DNA of 64,000 nucleotides from Bacteroidales bacterium (GCA_017516865.1 JAFXAU010000003.1:11909-75908); one strand, 5' to 3'; shown: positions 16,784 to 26,018, counted from the stretch's first letter. Program-made: numbers and translations. Notes: generated by a model from the letters alone, not told the origin.

Positions 16784-18145
16784 ATGGTAAAGATGACATA
16801 TAAGTTTCTACATCTTGCAAACTATAAGGACATTCCCAATTGGAGTGTCCAGTATGCTGATGATGAAGATCTTGGATTTACCAAGAAATACCCAATGGCA
16901 AGGATTGGGGCGTTTCTCGTTAAAAGCAAAGACATCATTGAAGTCGAAGATGATGTTGAATACAAGCAAGTAACCATCAAAATCAATAATGGAGGTGTTG
17001 TTCCGAGAAACAATGGCGAAACCATTTTAGGTTCTAAAATTGGTACTAAGCGTCAGCATGTTGTTCATGCCGGACAGTTTATCATGTCAAAGATTGATGC
17101 ACGTAACGGAGCCTATGGTATAGTTCCAGCAGAATTAGAAGGTGCCATAGTAACTAATGACTTCCCTGTTTTTGATGTAGACACATCAATGATAATCCCT
17201 CAGTTTTTGGTTCTTGTGTCTACAACTGAAAAGTTTGTAGAGTTTGCTCGTAAATGTAGTAGTGGTACAACCAATCGTAAGCGCATTGATATTGATGCTT
17301 TCCTTAATCAGCAGATTCCTCTGCCAAGCATGGAGGAACAGGAAGTGATTTTGAAAGAATATAATAATAAAATTCAAAGGTCAAAACAAAAAGTGAAAGA
17401 ATTGCAATCTATACCCTATAAGATTTCAATTTATCTACAAGAAAATCTTGGTATAAAAGACAGTAAGTCACAAACAGAAAAGCCCGGACATCTAATGTTC
17501 GTGCAACTAGCTAAACTTATAGAATGGGGCGTTGAATTTAATAAAGAAGCAAAAAACAAAATTTCTTCCGATTATCCGATATATAAAGTAAAGGCTCTAT
17601 GTAAAGTTGGTAGCGGAGGTACTCCATCAAGAACAACAAAAAAATATTATGATGGTAATATTCCTTGGATAAAAACAGGTGAAGTCCTAAATAATATAAT
17701 TCTTGATACTGAGGAAAAAATTACACAAGAAGCTATTGCTAATAGTAGTGCTAAATTATTTCCGAAAGGTTCCTTAATTATGGCTATGTATGGGCAAGGT
17801 GAAACAAGAGGACGAACTGCAAAACTTGGAATAGATGCGGCTACGAACCAAGCATGTGCTGTATTGTATGGCATTAATAATTCAATGGTTCTGACAGACT
17901 ACTTGTGGTATTATCTGCAATTTCGATACGATGATATACGTTCAATGGCCTCTGGTAATAATCAACCAAATTTGAATGCAGAAAAGATAAAGAACTACGA
18001 TATTGTAGTTCCACCTATAAGTAAACAAATGCAGTTGATAGATTATGTTAAATCATTAAAAGACAAACAAGAACAGCTAAAGGCTTTATCTACAGAATTA
18101 ATATCTACTGCTTACAAAGAATTTGAACAAAGAATATTTGAATGA
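16784..18145 (+). CDS. hsdS: Restriction-modification specificity subunit (HsdS-like, two TRDs)
   Basis: Two variable domains separated by a conserved helical spacer (LPSMEEQEVILKEYNNKIQRSKQKVKELQ) and a matching C-terminal helix (ISKQMQLIDYVKSLKDKQEQLKAL). Confidence 0.85.
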   Translation: MVKMTYKFLHLANYKDIPNWSVQYADDEDLGFTKKYPMARIGAFLVKSKDIIEVEDDVEYKQVTIKINNGGVVPRNNGETILGSKIGTKRQHVVHAGQFIMSKIDARNGAYGIVPAELEGAIVTNDFPVFDVDTSMIIPQFLVLVSTTEKFVEFARKCSSGTTNRKRIDIDAFLNQQIPLPSMEEQEVILKEYNNKIQRSKQKVKELQSIPYKISIYLQENLGIKDSKSQTEKPGHLMFVQLAKLIEWGVEFNKEAKNKISSDYPIYKVKALCKVGSGGTPSRTTKKYYDGNIPWIKTGEVLNNIILDTEEKITQEAIANSSAKLFPKGSLIMAMYGQGETRGRTAKLGIDAATNQACAVLYGINNSMVLTDYLWYYLQFRYDDIRSMASGNNQPNLNAEKIKNYDIVVPPISKQMQLIDYVKSLKDKQEQLKALSTELISTAYKEFEQRIFE

Positions 18146-18146
18146 T

Positions 18147-19907
18147 ATGAAACTTAAAACTCTTAATATAAAAGGATATAAAAATATCCAAGAACAATAT
18201 TTTAATTTCTCTGCTAATCAGGGCATAATAGCTTTGGTTGGAGAGAACGGCTCTGGTAAAAGTAATTTGCTTGAAGTAATTTCGTATATATTTAATTCAG
18301 CATTTAATGGGATTCCTACAGATTTTGAATACCTAATAGATTACACAATTGATGCCGACAATATTGTATTGACAAATTCCGCAGGCTCCTTGAGTGGCAC
18401 AGTAAACGGTGTAAGTAAAACTATTGATGACCTAAAGGCTCAGTTTCTGCCATCAAGGATTATCGCTAATTATAGTGGCGAAGATTTGCGCCTATTCAAT
18501 AAGTGCTATAAAACCAGCTACGATAAATTTACAAAACAACTGAAAGCACAAGATGAGTTACCAACATTGCCAATGGTGTATATTAATAAGTACTATTGGG
18601 ATTTGTGCCTATTATCACTATATTTTACAGATCATTCTGTTAGAACCGATATCGCTGATTTTTGTAGTACTCAATTAGGAATAAAAAGCGTTCAATCTAT
18701 TACTTTTGAGATTGATTTCGAAATTGCTAAAAATTGGAAAGATAATGAACCTCGCCAACTTTTGCAGGCAATTTTCGCAGTTGATGACTTGTATAAGATG
18801 TCAGAACTTGACAATGATAATGACAATGGTATTATAATTGTAAAAGAAAGGCGTAAAAAAGTTTCAGCAAAAATTACTCTGTCGTTAGAAGAACTGAAAG
18901 AAAGATCAAATACACTATACGGTGAAGATGATAAATTTTTCCTCTTCTTATTTGCAGCCTTCACGTCAAAAGAAAACAAACTACTAAAAAATATTGATTT
19001 TAAATTAGAGCTATCAAATGGCACAATTGTAGGATTGGAGGCTTTAAGCGAAGGCGAGAAAAAACTAATATTAATAGAGTTTATTACTAAGATTCTTGGT
19101 AATAAGAATGCATTAGTTTTGCTTGACGAACCAGATGCGCATACGCATATATCACGTAAAAAGGAACTTTTCAATGCAATAAAATCTTTTGAAGGTCAGA
19201 CTATTCTCACTACACACTCACCTGTGTTTGTAGATATTCTAAAACGGGATAATATAGTTTTTATGAAAGAAGGTCAGCAACAGGACATTGCTATAGCTCA
19301 AGCAATTAATGATATATCAGGAGGGGCACTTGGGGTTATGGAAGGGGCCATTGTATCTGCATCACCATATTTAATTGTTACAGAAGGACCTGGTGATATT
19401 TTACACATCAACAAAGCTATTGAGGTATGGGCAAGAAAAAACCCCAAATATAAAATCTTGGAACATATCCCACTTGTATTTGAAGGAGGTGCAGAGAATG
19501 CAGAAGAGTTTTGTAATTCTGTTATTGCATCAAATATTAGTTTTTACAAATCAGTTGTGTTTGTGTTTGATTATGATACCGCAGGACGAGATGGATCAAA
19601 AGCTATAAACAATCTAAGAATCGAGTCTGTACATACATTATTTTATCACGAGAAGTACCCTGTCGATAATACATCAAATGACTTTTATATAGAAGATTTT
19701 TATCCTCATTCAGTATATAGAGATATACAACTTCCCCATGTCGAAGAAGAACCGAGATATTACCAAATGAAACGTTTTGACAAAGTTCCGGATAGTGTCA
19801 AAAAGAAAATAACAAAACAGCTACGCAACAATAAAATAGAGGATAGTGAATTTGACCTATATGAAAATTTCCTTGATGAATTGTTGAAACTATTTAAAAT
19901 TTCATAA
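18147..19907 (+). CDS. ABC-type ATPase fused to a Toprim/DUF4435-like nuclease domain (OLD-family or fused PARIS AriA-AriB-like)
   Basis: Walker A GENGSGKSN and Walker B LVLLDEPDAHTH. The C-terminal half has LIVTEGPGD...FEGGAEN...FVFDYDTAGRD (Toprim E...DxD). The ATG sits 1 nt after the hsdS stop. Confidence 0.7.
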   Translation: MKLKTLNIKGYKNIQEQYFNFSANQGIIALVGENGSGKSNLLEVISYIFNSAFNGIPTDFEYLIDYTIDADNIVLTNSAGSLSGTVNGVSKTIDDLKAQFLPSRIIANYSGEDLRLFNKCYKTSYDKFTKQLKAQDELPTLPMVYINKYYWDLCLLSLYFTDHSVRTDIADFCSTQLGIKSVQSITFEIDFEIAKNWKDNEPRQLLQAIFAVDDLYKMSELDNDNDNGIIIVKERRKKVSAKITLSLEELKERSNTLYGEDDKFFLFLFAAFTSKENKLLKNIDFKLELSNGTIVGLEALSEGEKKLILIEFITKILGNKNALVLLDEPDAHTHISRKKELFNAIKSFEGQTILTTHSPVFVDILKRDNIVFMKEGQQQDIAIAQAINDISGGALGVMEGAIVSASPYLIVTEGPGDILHINKAIEVWARKNPKYKILEHIPLVFEGGAENAEEFCNSVIASNISFYKSVVFVFDYDTAGRDGSKAINNLRIESVHTLFYHEKYPVDNTSNDFYIEDFYPHSVYRDIQLPHVEEEPRYYQMKRFDKVPDSVKKKITKQLRNNKIEDSEFDLYENFLDELLKLFKIS

Positions 19908-19921
19908 AACACAAAGAGAAA

Positions 19922-20314
19922 GTGACAATATCTAATCGTACTTGGCTTGCCTTTGCCAATAGAAAAAGGTGTCGTCATGCTGATGCAATCCTGAGTCTTG
20001 GTTTCATCAGTTGGAGAATGGGAAGAGCACGTTTCACCATTGGAGATGTTGTGTACCTGTTTATGTCCGATGAACGATGTGTGCGTTTCAAGATGGTAGT
20101 AACTGCAGAAAACTGCAAACGTGAAGATCAGGCATATTGGGTGGAAACGCCTCCAAATGATATTACTTACAAGCTTGAATTACTCGAAGAGTATGATGGT
20201 GCTCATCTTTCTGAACAAGAGTTGTGTAAACATGGTTTCAAAGGAGGTCGAGCGCTGGAGATTCCAAGTTGTAATAATGTTGAATTAATCAATTACATCA
20301 AATCCGTATTCTAA
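19922..20314 (+). CDS. Small hypothetical protein, possibly PUA-like (EVE/ASCH-type) fold
   Basis: GTG start. The pattern TWLAFANRKRC...FISW....F.IGDVVYLFMSD...RFKM is reminiscent of EVE/ASCH N-termini. The stop is 2 nt before the GmrSD-like start. Confidence 0.3.
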   Translation: MTISNRTWLAFANRKRCRHADAILSLGFISWRMGRARFTIGDVVYLFMSDERCVRFKMVVTAENCKREDQAYWVETPPNDITYKLELLEEYDGAHLSEQELCKHGFKGGRALEIPSCNNVELINYIKSVF

Positions 20315-20316
20315 TC

Positions 20317-22398
20317 ATGAAAGGTGACGCACAACCACTAATTAAGTTTTTTGATGGATCTGATAAACGATTCATCATACCTCTTTATCAGCGTAACTAC
20401 GACTGGAAAGAAGAGAACTGCGAACAGTTGTTTCAGGACTTGATGAAACTGCACTATAGTGACCGCAGAAGTCACTTCTTTGGCAGCATTGTGTCAAGCA
20501 TACAGTCTGGAACTGAAGACAGATTCATCATTGATGGTCAACAACGAATTACTACTGTTTCGTTGTTGCTCATTGCGATGGTAAATGCTAAGAAAGAAGG
20601 ACAGATTGAAGCAACTGATGCAAAACTTGTAGAGAAAATCTTCAAGCGTTATCTGGTGGATGAATATCAAGAAGATGAACGAAAGGTGAAACTGAAACCT
20701 ATCAAGAAAGATATGCAGGCTTTTGATGCTTTGCTGTATAAGCCCAAAGAGCAATACATCAAAGAGTCAAATGTTACTCGCAACTATGATTTCTTCTATG
20801 ATAAGATTATTCATTGTGGCTTGACTATTGACGAACTTTTTGAGACCATCAAGAAACTGGAAGTCATCAATATTCGTCTTGACGAAGATGATGACCCACA
20901 GTTGATATTTGAGAGCCTGAACTCTACAGGTCTTGATTTGAGTGAGGCAGACAAGATACGTAATTACTTGCTGATGTCGTTAGATCCAGAAGCTCAGGAT
21001 GACTTGTATACTCGATATTGGAATCCTATTGAAGAGTACACGAAGTATGATCCGTCCTCGTTCGTACGCGATTACCTTACCATGAAGCAAGGAAAGATAG
21101 GACGTATTGATAAGATATACTTTATCTTTAAAGAGTATGCCGAAAATATAAGTATTGACAGGGCTACGCTCTTGGAAGATATGCATCACTATGCCAAGAT
21201 CTATAGCCAAGTGGATAGTGCAACGATAGGTACAGATAAACTGAATAGGAAGTTGAATCAGCTAAGAACGCTGGATTCTACTATTGCTTATCCATTCTTT
21301 ATGGCTTTCTTCGACTATGCATCAAAAGTGGGATTGGCGGAAAACGAGATTTATCGTGTACTTGATGTGATAGAAGCATATTGGGCACGCAGAATCATCT
21401 GTAATCTCCCATCAAATGCTTTGAATAAGGTGTTTGCAACGCTCCATAGAGATGTGTTGAATCATGTCAATAAAGCAGGTGATGATACTGCACCTTCGTA
21501 TATAGATGTACTAACTTATGTCTTGTTGAAGAAGGGGCGTTCTTCTGTCTTTCCTTCTGATGAAGAGGTAAGGGGTGACTTTAAAACTCGTCAGGTATAT
21601 AAGATGCCAGCTAATGCCCGCATGTTTATCTTGGAACGTATGGAGAACCAAGATAACAATGAGCGGCATGATGTGGTGAAGGAGCTGACAGAGAAAAATA
21701 TCACCATAGAACATATCATGCCCCAAACTCTGTCGGATAAGTGGAAAACGGCTTTAGGCGAAGATTGGGAAAGAATTCATGAGCAGTATCTGCACACAAT
21801 GGCAAACCTTACGCTTACTGGATATAATTCTCAATATAGCAATCTCACGTTTATTGAGAAGAGAGACATGGAGAAGGGATTCAAGGATAGTGCATTCCGT
21901 CTGAATAACTCTGTAAAATCGTGCGAACAATGGACGGAAACGGAATTGAAAGCACGTCAGAAAGAACTTCAGAATGTGTTTATGCGCCTCTGGCCCATGC
22001 CAACTACGACTTTTGAGCCACTGAGACGTGAAGCAGAATCTGCATCGCTTGATGATGAAGACTATGAGTTCACAGGCAAGAAGCTGCAAGCATATATGCT
22101 TCATGGGGTTAGATATACTGTTAACACTTGGAAGGAAATGCTCATTCAGGTTTGTGGACACATCCTACTGGAGAAGCGTTCAACTATTGAATGGCTTTGT
22201 GCAAACGAAAAGTGCAGTTTCTCAACCACTCCTGAAGAGTGGAGGCGCGAGCTTGCACCAGGGATGTACGTATGGACAGACAACAGTACTGCCACCAAGA
22301 TTAATATTCTTCATGGCATGTTTGAGGAGTGTAATATCCCTGCATCCGAACTCGTTTTTGAATTCCGTTCAGATCAAGAGGGAGAAGACGAGGAGTAA
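20317..22398 (+). CDS. DUF262 + DUF1524 protein (GmrSD-family type IV modification-dependent restriction endonuclease-like)
   Basis: N-terminal FIIPLYQRNYDWKEENCEQL (DUF262 signature) and central ITIEHIMPQ...MANLTLTGYNSQYSN (DUF1524 His-Me finger signature). Confidence 0.8.
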   Translation: MKGDAQPLIKFFDGSDKRFIIPLYQRNYDWKEENCEQLFQDLMKLHYSDRRSHFFGSIVSSIQSGTEDRFIIDGQQRITTVSLLLIAMVNAKKEGQIEATDAKLVEKIFKRYLVDEYQEDERKVKLKPIKKDMQAFDALLYKPKEQYIKESNVTRNYDFFYDKIIHCGLTIDELFETIKKLEVINIRLDEDDDPQLIFESLNSTGLDLSEADKIRNYLLMSLDPEAQDDLYTRYWNPIEEYTKYDPSSFVRDYLTMKQGKIGRIDKIYFIFKEYAENISIDRATLLEDMHHYAKIYSQVDSATIGTDKLNRKLNQLRTLDSTIAYPFFMAFFDYASKVGLAENEIYRVLDVIEAYWARRIICNLPSNALNKVFATLHRDVLNHVNKAGDDTAPSYIDVLTYVLLKKGRSSVFPSDEEVRGDFKTRQVYKMPANARMFILERMENQDNNERHDVVKELTEKNITIEHIMPQTLSDKWKTALGEDWERIHEQYLHTMANLTLTGYNSQYSNLTFIEKRDMEKGFKDSAFRLNNSVKSCEQWTETELKARQKELQNVFMRLWPMPTTTFEPLRREAESASLDDEDYEFTGKKLQAYMLHGVRYTVNTWKEMLIQVCGHILLEKRSTIEWLCANEKCSFSTTPEEWRRELAPGMYVWTDNSTATKINILHGMFEECNIPASELVFEFRSDQEGEDEE

Positions 22399-22413
22399 TC
22401 AATTTACAAAAGT

Positions 22414-22530
22414 ATGGCTATTATAAAACAAGATACGAACAACATCCCCGAACTCCAATCTCCTTTCGAACAGTTAAGAGAGGTTGATGCCGATGGCAAG
22501 GAATGGTGGAACTCATATAATAGGTGCTAA
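22414..22530 (+). pseudogene. 38-codon fragment resembling the N-terminus of DinD/BRO-N-type proteins
   Basis: MAIIKQDTNNIPELQSPFEQLREVDADGKEWWNSYNRC*. The FE.IR..D..G.E.W segment is DinD-like from memory, then the ORF stops prematurely. Confidence 0.3.
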
Positions 22531-22553
22531 CAATGATTTAATAAAAACGACAT

Positions 22554-23684
22554 ATGAGCGACGAACAGAAATATACGATTCTTGGATTGGATGAATACAT
22601 TCGCCAAGGCGAACCACAGAAGCGTGAGCGTAGCGAAGCTTGGAAGGTTGCTATAGGGCTTCAACAGGTTGATAGGCTCCAGACTTCTGAATATCTGCTT
22701 GATACTGCCAAACGGCATATCGAGGGGGACATCAGTATCATTGAGGCAAAGCAACTTATTGACTCATACTACAAGTCTGCATCTGGACGAAAGGTTATAG
22801 AGAAAGACCGAACAGAAGAGGCGGACAAGGTGGCTGCACGTATAACTGAACTGATAGAGGAAAAAACCTTTTCGTTTACTCCTGCTCAGTTGATTTCTAT
22901 ACATCGTCGCTTGTTTGACGGCATCTATAAGTTAGCTGGTCGCATTCGTGACTATAATATTACGAAGAACGAGTGGGTACTTGGCGGCAAGACTGTGTAT
23001 TATGCCAGTGCAGATACTATCAGCGATACATTGAATTACGATATGGGGCAGGAACGTGAGTTCAGTTATGCAAACATGAATATTGATGAAGCCATTCGTC
23101 ATCTAACCCGTTTCTGTGCTAATCTATGGCAAGTTCATGCGTTTTGCGAAGGTAACACACGAACGACTGCCGTATTTATGATAAAGTATTTACGCACATT
23201 GGGATTCAATGTGGTCAATGATGTCTTTGCTGAGAACTCATGGTATTTCCGAAATGCGCTCGTTCGTGCCAACTATAGTGATTTGACAAATGGCATCACA
23301 GAAACGACAGAGTACTTGGAGCGGTTCTTTCGTAGTATGCTACTTGGAGAGGAACATGATCTTAGGAATAGGATTATGCACGTTGATTGGAACAATGTTG
23401 AGAACGAAACCATATCCCAAAGTGCAAATCACGAAGTTCAAAGTGCAAAAACTGGCGAAGAATTACCCCAAAAGTGCAAAAATTGCACTTTGGAAGAAGT
23501 CGCTCTACTCCGCATAGTGCAAAAGAATCCATCTGCTACCCAAAAGGAGATTGCTGCTGAAATTGGAAAGTCTGAGCGAACCGTCAAATCAATTACCATA
23601 GTGTTGCGAGAGAAGAACATTCTACGTAGAGTGAATGGTAAAAGAAATGGCTATTGGGAAATCGTTGAAGATTCTATTATCTAA
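22554..23684 (+). CDS. Fic/DOC-family protein with a C-terminal winged-helix domain
   Basis: Fic motif variant HAFCEGNTRTTA. The C-terminal LLRIVQKNPSATQKEIAAEIGKSERTVKSITIVLREKNILRR is wHTH-like. Confidence 0.8.
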   Translation: MSDEQKYTILGLDEYIRQGEPQKRERSEAWKVAIGLQQVDRLQTSEYLLDTAKRHIEGDISIIEAKQLIDSYYKSASGRKVIEKDRTEEADKVAARITELIEEKTFSFTPAQLISIHRRLFDGIYKLAGRIRDYNITKNEWVLGGKTVYYASADTISDTLNYDMGQEREFSYANMNIDEAIRHLTRFCANLWQVHAFCEGNTRTTAVFMIKYLRTLGFNVVNDVFAENSWYFRNALVRANYSDLTNGITETTEYLERFFRSMLLGEEHDLRNRIMHVDWNNVENETISQSANHEVQSAKTGEELPQKCKNCTLEEVALLRIVQKNPSATQKEIAAEIGKSERTVKSITIVLREKNILRRVNGKRNGYWEIVEDSII

Positions 23685-23781
23685 CAATCTGGGAAATTGT
23701 AATCTTGCGAATACTAATCAGCTAGTATATATATAAGCAATAGAATATGGCAAATCGAAGAGAAATACGAATAGCACAGCT

Positions 23782-23874
23782 GAGTTCCTAATCTTTCAGA
23801 TAGAGGGAAAGGAACAGGATGTGGAAGTCTATTACAAGGATAAAACTGTTTGGCAACAAGAAATAGAAAGGGGG
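23782..23874 (+). pseudogene. Short remnant resembling the N-terminus of RhuM-family proteins
   Basis: No start codon. ...EFLIFQIEGKEQDVEVYYKDKTVWQQEIERGII* resembles the RhuM N-terminal I.IYQ.EDG...V....TVWL.Q. Confidence 0.25.
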
Positions 23875-23935
23875 ATTATTTGATTCTAAATATCAAACAT
23901 TTTGATATTTTCGCAAGGATTTTAGAATCATAAGA

Positions 23936-25294
23936 ATGCTGAGTTTTCATCCGTTGACAATTTCCGACCGTAAGACGGTGCAGGCGGTGTCGATTAAGGC
24001 AGGACGACGTAATTGCAACTACACGTTTGCCAATCTCGTGGGTTGGCAGTTTTGGTTCCACACCGAAGTGTGCGTGTGGAAAGATGCCGTGGTGCTTCGC
24101 TTCAACTTCGAGGGGAAACGGGCATATATGGTCTGCGTGGAGGGTGATTTGCAACCTGAACTGCTGACGGCTTTATATAAGGACAGCGGTGAAAATCTCA
24201 TGCTCATCGGTCTTGAAGATTCGCAGTTGCAAACTGTCAATACGTTTAATACGAAATGTGTGATTAAGTCCGAACCCTGTCGTAATCAATACGATTATAT
24301 ATATCTTCGGACAAATCTCGCCACGCTCCGAGGTAAAAAACTCAGCGCCAAGCGTAATCACGTCAACCGTTTCCGTGCGGAACATCCCGACTTTGAATAT
24401 CGTCCGCTCACTCCCGAACTTTTCGATGAATGTCGCCGACTCACGGAAATATGGCAGGAAGAGAAAGAGGAAAGTGTGACCATTGATGCCGAGCATCGCG
24501 TAATGGAGACGGTTTTTGCCATTTGGGACGAGTTGGAAATGATAGGAGGAAGCATTTTTGTTGACGGACGAATGGTGGCATTCACCTATGGTGCCGCTGT
24601 GACGACCGACACTTTCGACGTGTGCGTTGAAAAAGCCGACCGTCACGTAGAGGGAGCTTTTGCCATTGTCAATCAGCAATTTGCCGAACATTTGCCCGAG
24701 CAATACATTTATGTAAATCGTGAAGAAGATATGGGACTTGCGGGGCTTCGGCAGTCCAAATTGTCGTACCATCCCGAAATTTTGCTGACCTACAATACCG
24801 TAAAAATTAACAAGTCCTATGTCTTAAAGCGAATGACAGCCGACGACGCACAGTTGACGGTTGACTGGATGGTTCGCCAATACGGTTTCGACCGTCAAGA
24901 GGTGGAATCGTGGGTGCGCGACTTGCATTTCAACTGGCCGCTGAGCGTGAAAGCCGTGGATGCCGACGGAAATGTCGTGGGATTGCTGAATATGAGCGAT
25001 TACCGCATAGAGGAAGAGTCTTCGCACATAGCCGTTGACGCTCCCGATGTGCTTGCAAGTCTTAATGCACGTCGCTACACGGCTGTGTTTTCGTTCATTG
25101 TTGCCGAACCATATCGCGGTTCACGTTTGAACTACGATATGTTCAATTCCATACTGCCAGAGTTGAAATCTTGCTACGATTTCATCTTCATTCCCGTGCT
25201 TCATCGCCTCAAAACTCATCAGTATTGGCAACGCTGGGGTGCCACCGAGTTTTATCGTGATGCGGAATGCGTGTATTACAAACTTGAATTGTAG
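23936..25294 (+). CDS. DUF2156-like (MprF/LysX C-terminal-type acyltransferase fold) protein with an extra C-terminal GNAT-like domain
   Basis: N-terminus MLSFHPLTISDRKTVQ...CNYTFANLVGWQFWF is typical of DUF2156. The C-terminal ~150 aa look GNAT-like. Confidence 0.5.
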   Translation: MLSFHPLTISDRKTVQAVSIKAGRRNCNYTFANLVGWQFWFHTEVCVWKDAVVLRFNFEGKRAYMVCVEGDLQPELLTALYKDSGENLMLIGLEDSQLQTVNTFNTKCVIKSEPCRNQYDYIYLRTNLATLRGKKLSAKRNHVNRFRAEHPDFEYRPLTPELFDECRRLTEIWQEEKEESVTIDAEHRVMETVFAIWDELEMIGGSIFVDGRMVAFTYGAAVTTDTFDVCVEKADRHVEGAFAIVNQQFAEHLPEQYIYVNREEDMGLAGLRQSKLSYHPEILLTYNTVKINKSYVLKRMTADDAQLTVDWMVRQYGFDRQEVESWVRDLHFNWPLSVKAVDADGNVVGLLNMSDYRIEEESSHIAVDAPDVLASLNARRYTAVFSFIVAEPYRGSRLNYDMFNSILPELKSCYDFIFIPVLHRLKTHQYWQRWGATEFYRDAECVYYKLEL

Positions 25295-25307
25295 TTTGAC
25301 GAAAAAG

Positions 25308-26018
25308 TCACTTCAACATTTTATTGATTTGTTTCTCAGTCGCTTGCGGCAACAATTCGTGTAGATGTTCGGCCATACGTTGATATGATTCTTCGGGGGA
25401 GCGTTGGCATAGACAGGCTGAACGTCCCAATAATCGTTCGGGGGTTGTGAGCAGCGACCAGCCGAATCCATATTCCCGTCCGTGTTTGTCGGTTGGATAG
25501 ACAAAATCCTCGGTGACCAAGTAACACGACATTTGTAGTCGGTTGACGTATGCGTCGAATTTGCCACGCATTTTGGGACCAGTGAAACCGCAGGCCGCCC
25601 GCAGTTCACGGGCTATCATGCTTCCTTGTTCTTGAAGCGTCAGAACTATGGCTTCTTCTATGCTGCCAGGTTCCAATTGGGGATTTTTGCTACGTCGCCA
25701 ATTGTAGAAGTCGAGCCACCAATCAAGACTGATGAATCCTGCCTTGCCGTTGAAAAATTTGCCGTAAACGCAGTTGCCTTCTTTGATTGCCGTGCCTTTC
25801 CACGTCCACAAGGGCCATTCCCAACTGCCGTCGTCGAACTGGATGAAACGACATTCTTCCGCCATCATCCCTTCTGCGCAAAAACCTTGCACGCCGCTTT
25901 CGAGCAACGGCAGAAATCCAATTTGCTGAATGCAGTCTATCAAGTCGGGACAGGAATGAATGCCTTGCCTGTCGGTTGCGTGCATATCTTTGAAATAATT
26001 GTCAAAATAATCGCTCAT
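25308..26018 (-). CDS. Hypothetical protein, possibly AlkZ/YcaQ-related
   Basis: 236-aa Trp-rich sequence (WEWPLWTWKG...LDWWLDFYNWRR). The assignment is from memory of AlkZ-related proteins only. Confidence 0.3.
   Translation of the reverse strand: MSDYFDNYFKDMHATDRQGIHSCPDLIDCIQQIGFLPLLESGVQGFCAEGMMAEECRFIQFDDGSWEWPLWTWKGTAIKEGNCVYGKFFNGKAGFISLDWWLDFYNWRRSKNPQLEPGSIEEAIVLTLQEQGSMIARELRAACGFTGPKMRGKFDAYVNRLQMSCYLVTEDFVYPTDKHGREYGFGWSLLTTPERLLGRSACLCQRSPEESYQRMAEHLHELLPQATEKQINKMLK

Noticed and set aside
16763-16794. 12-nt direct repeat tatggtaaagat at the hsdM stop / hsdS start junction
   Set aside because: It is short enough to be chance. It does not create an alternative frame or an obvious recombination product, so it is noted only.
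18147-22398. Gabija (GajA+GajB), or a hidden HsdR among the genes downstream of hsdS
   Set aside because: No UvrD/SF1 or SF2 helicase motifs (DEAD/DEAH, motif VI) are visible in any of the three downstream proteins. Neither Gabija nor a canonical Type I R subunit is therefore supported.
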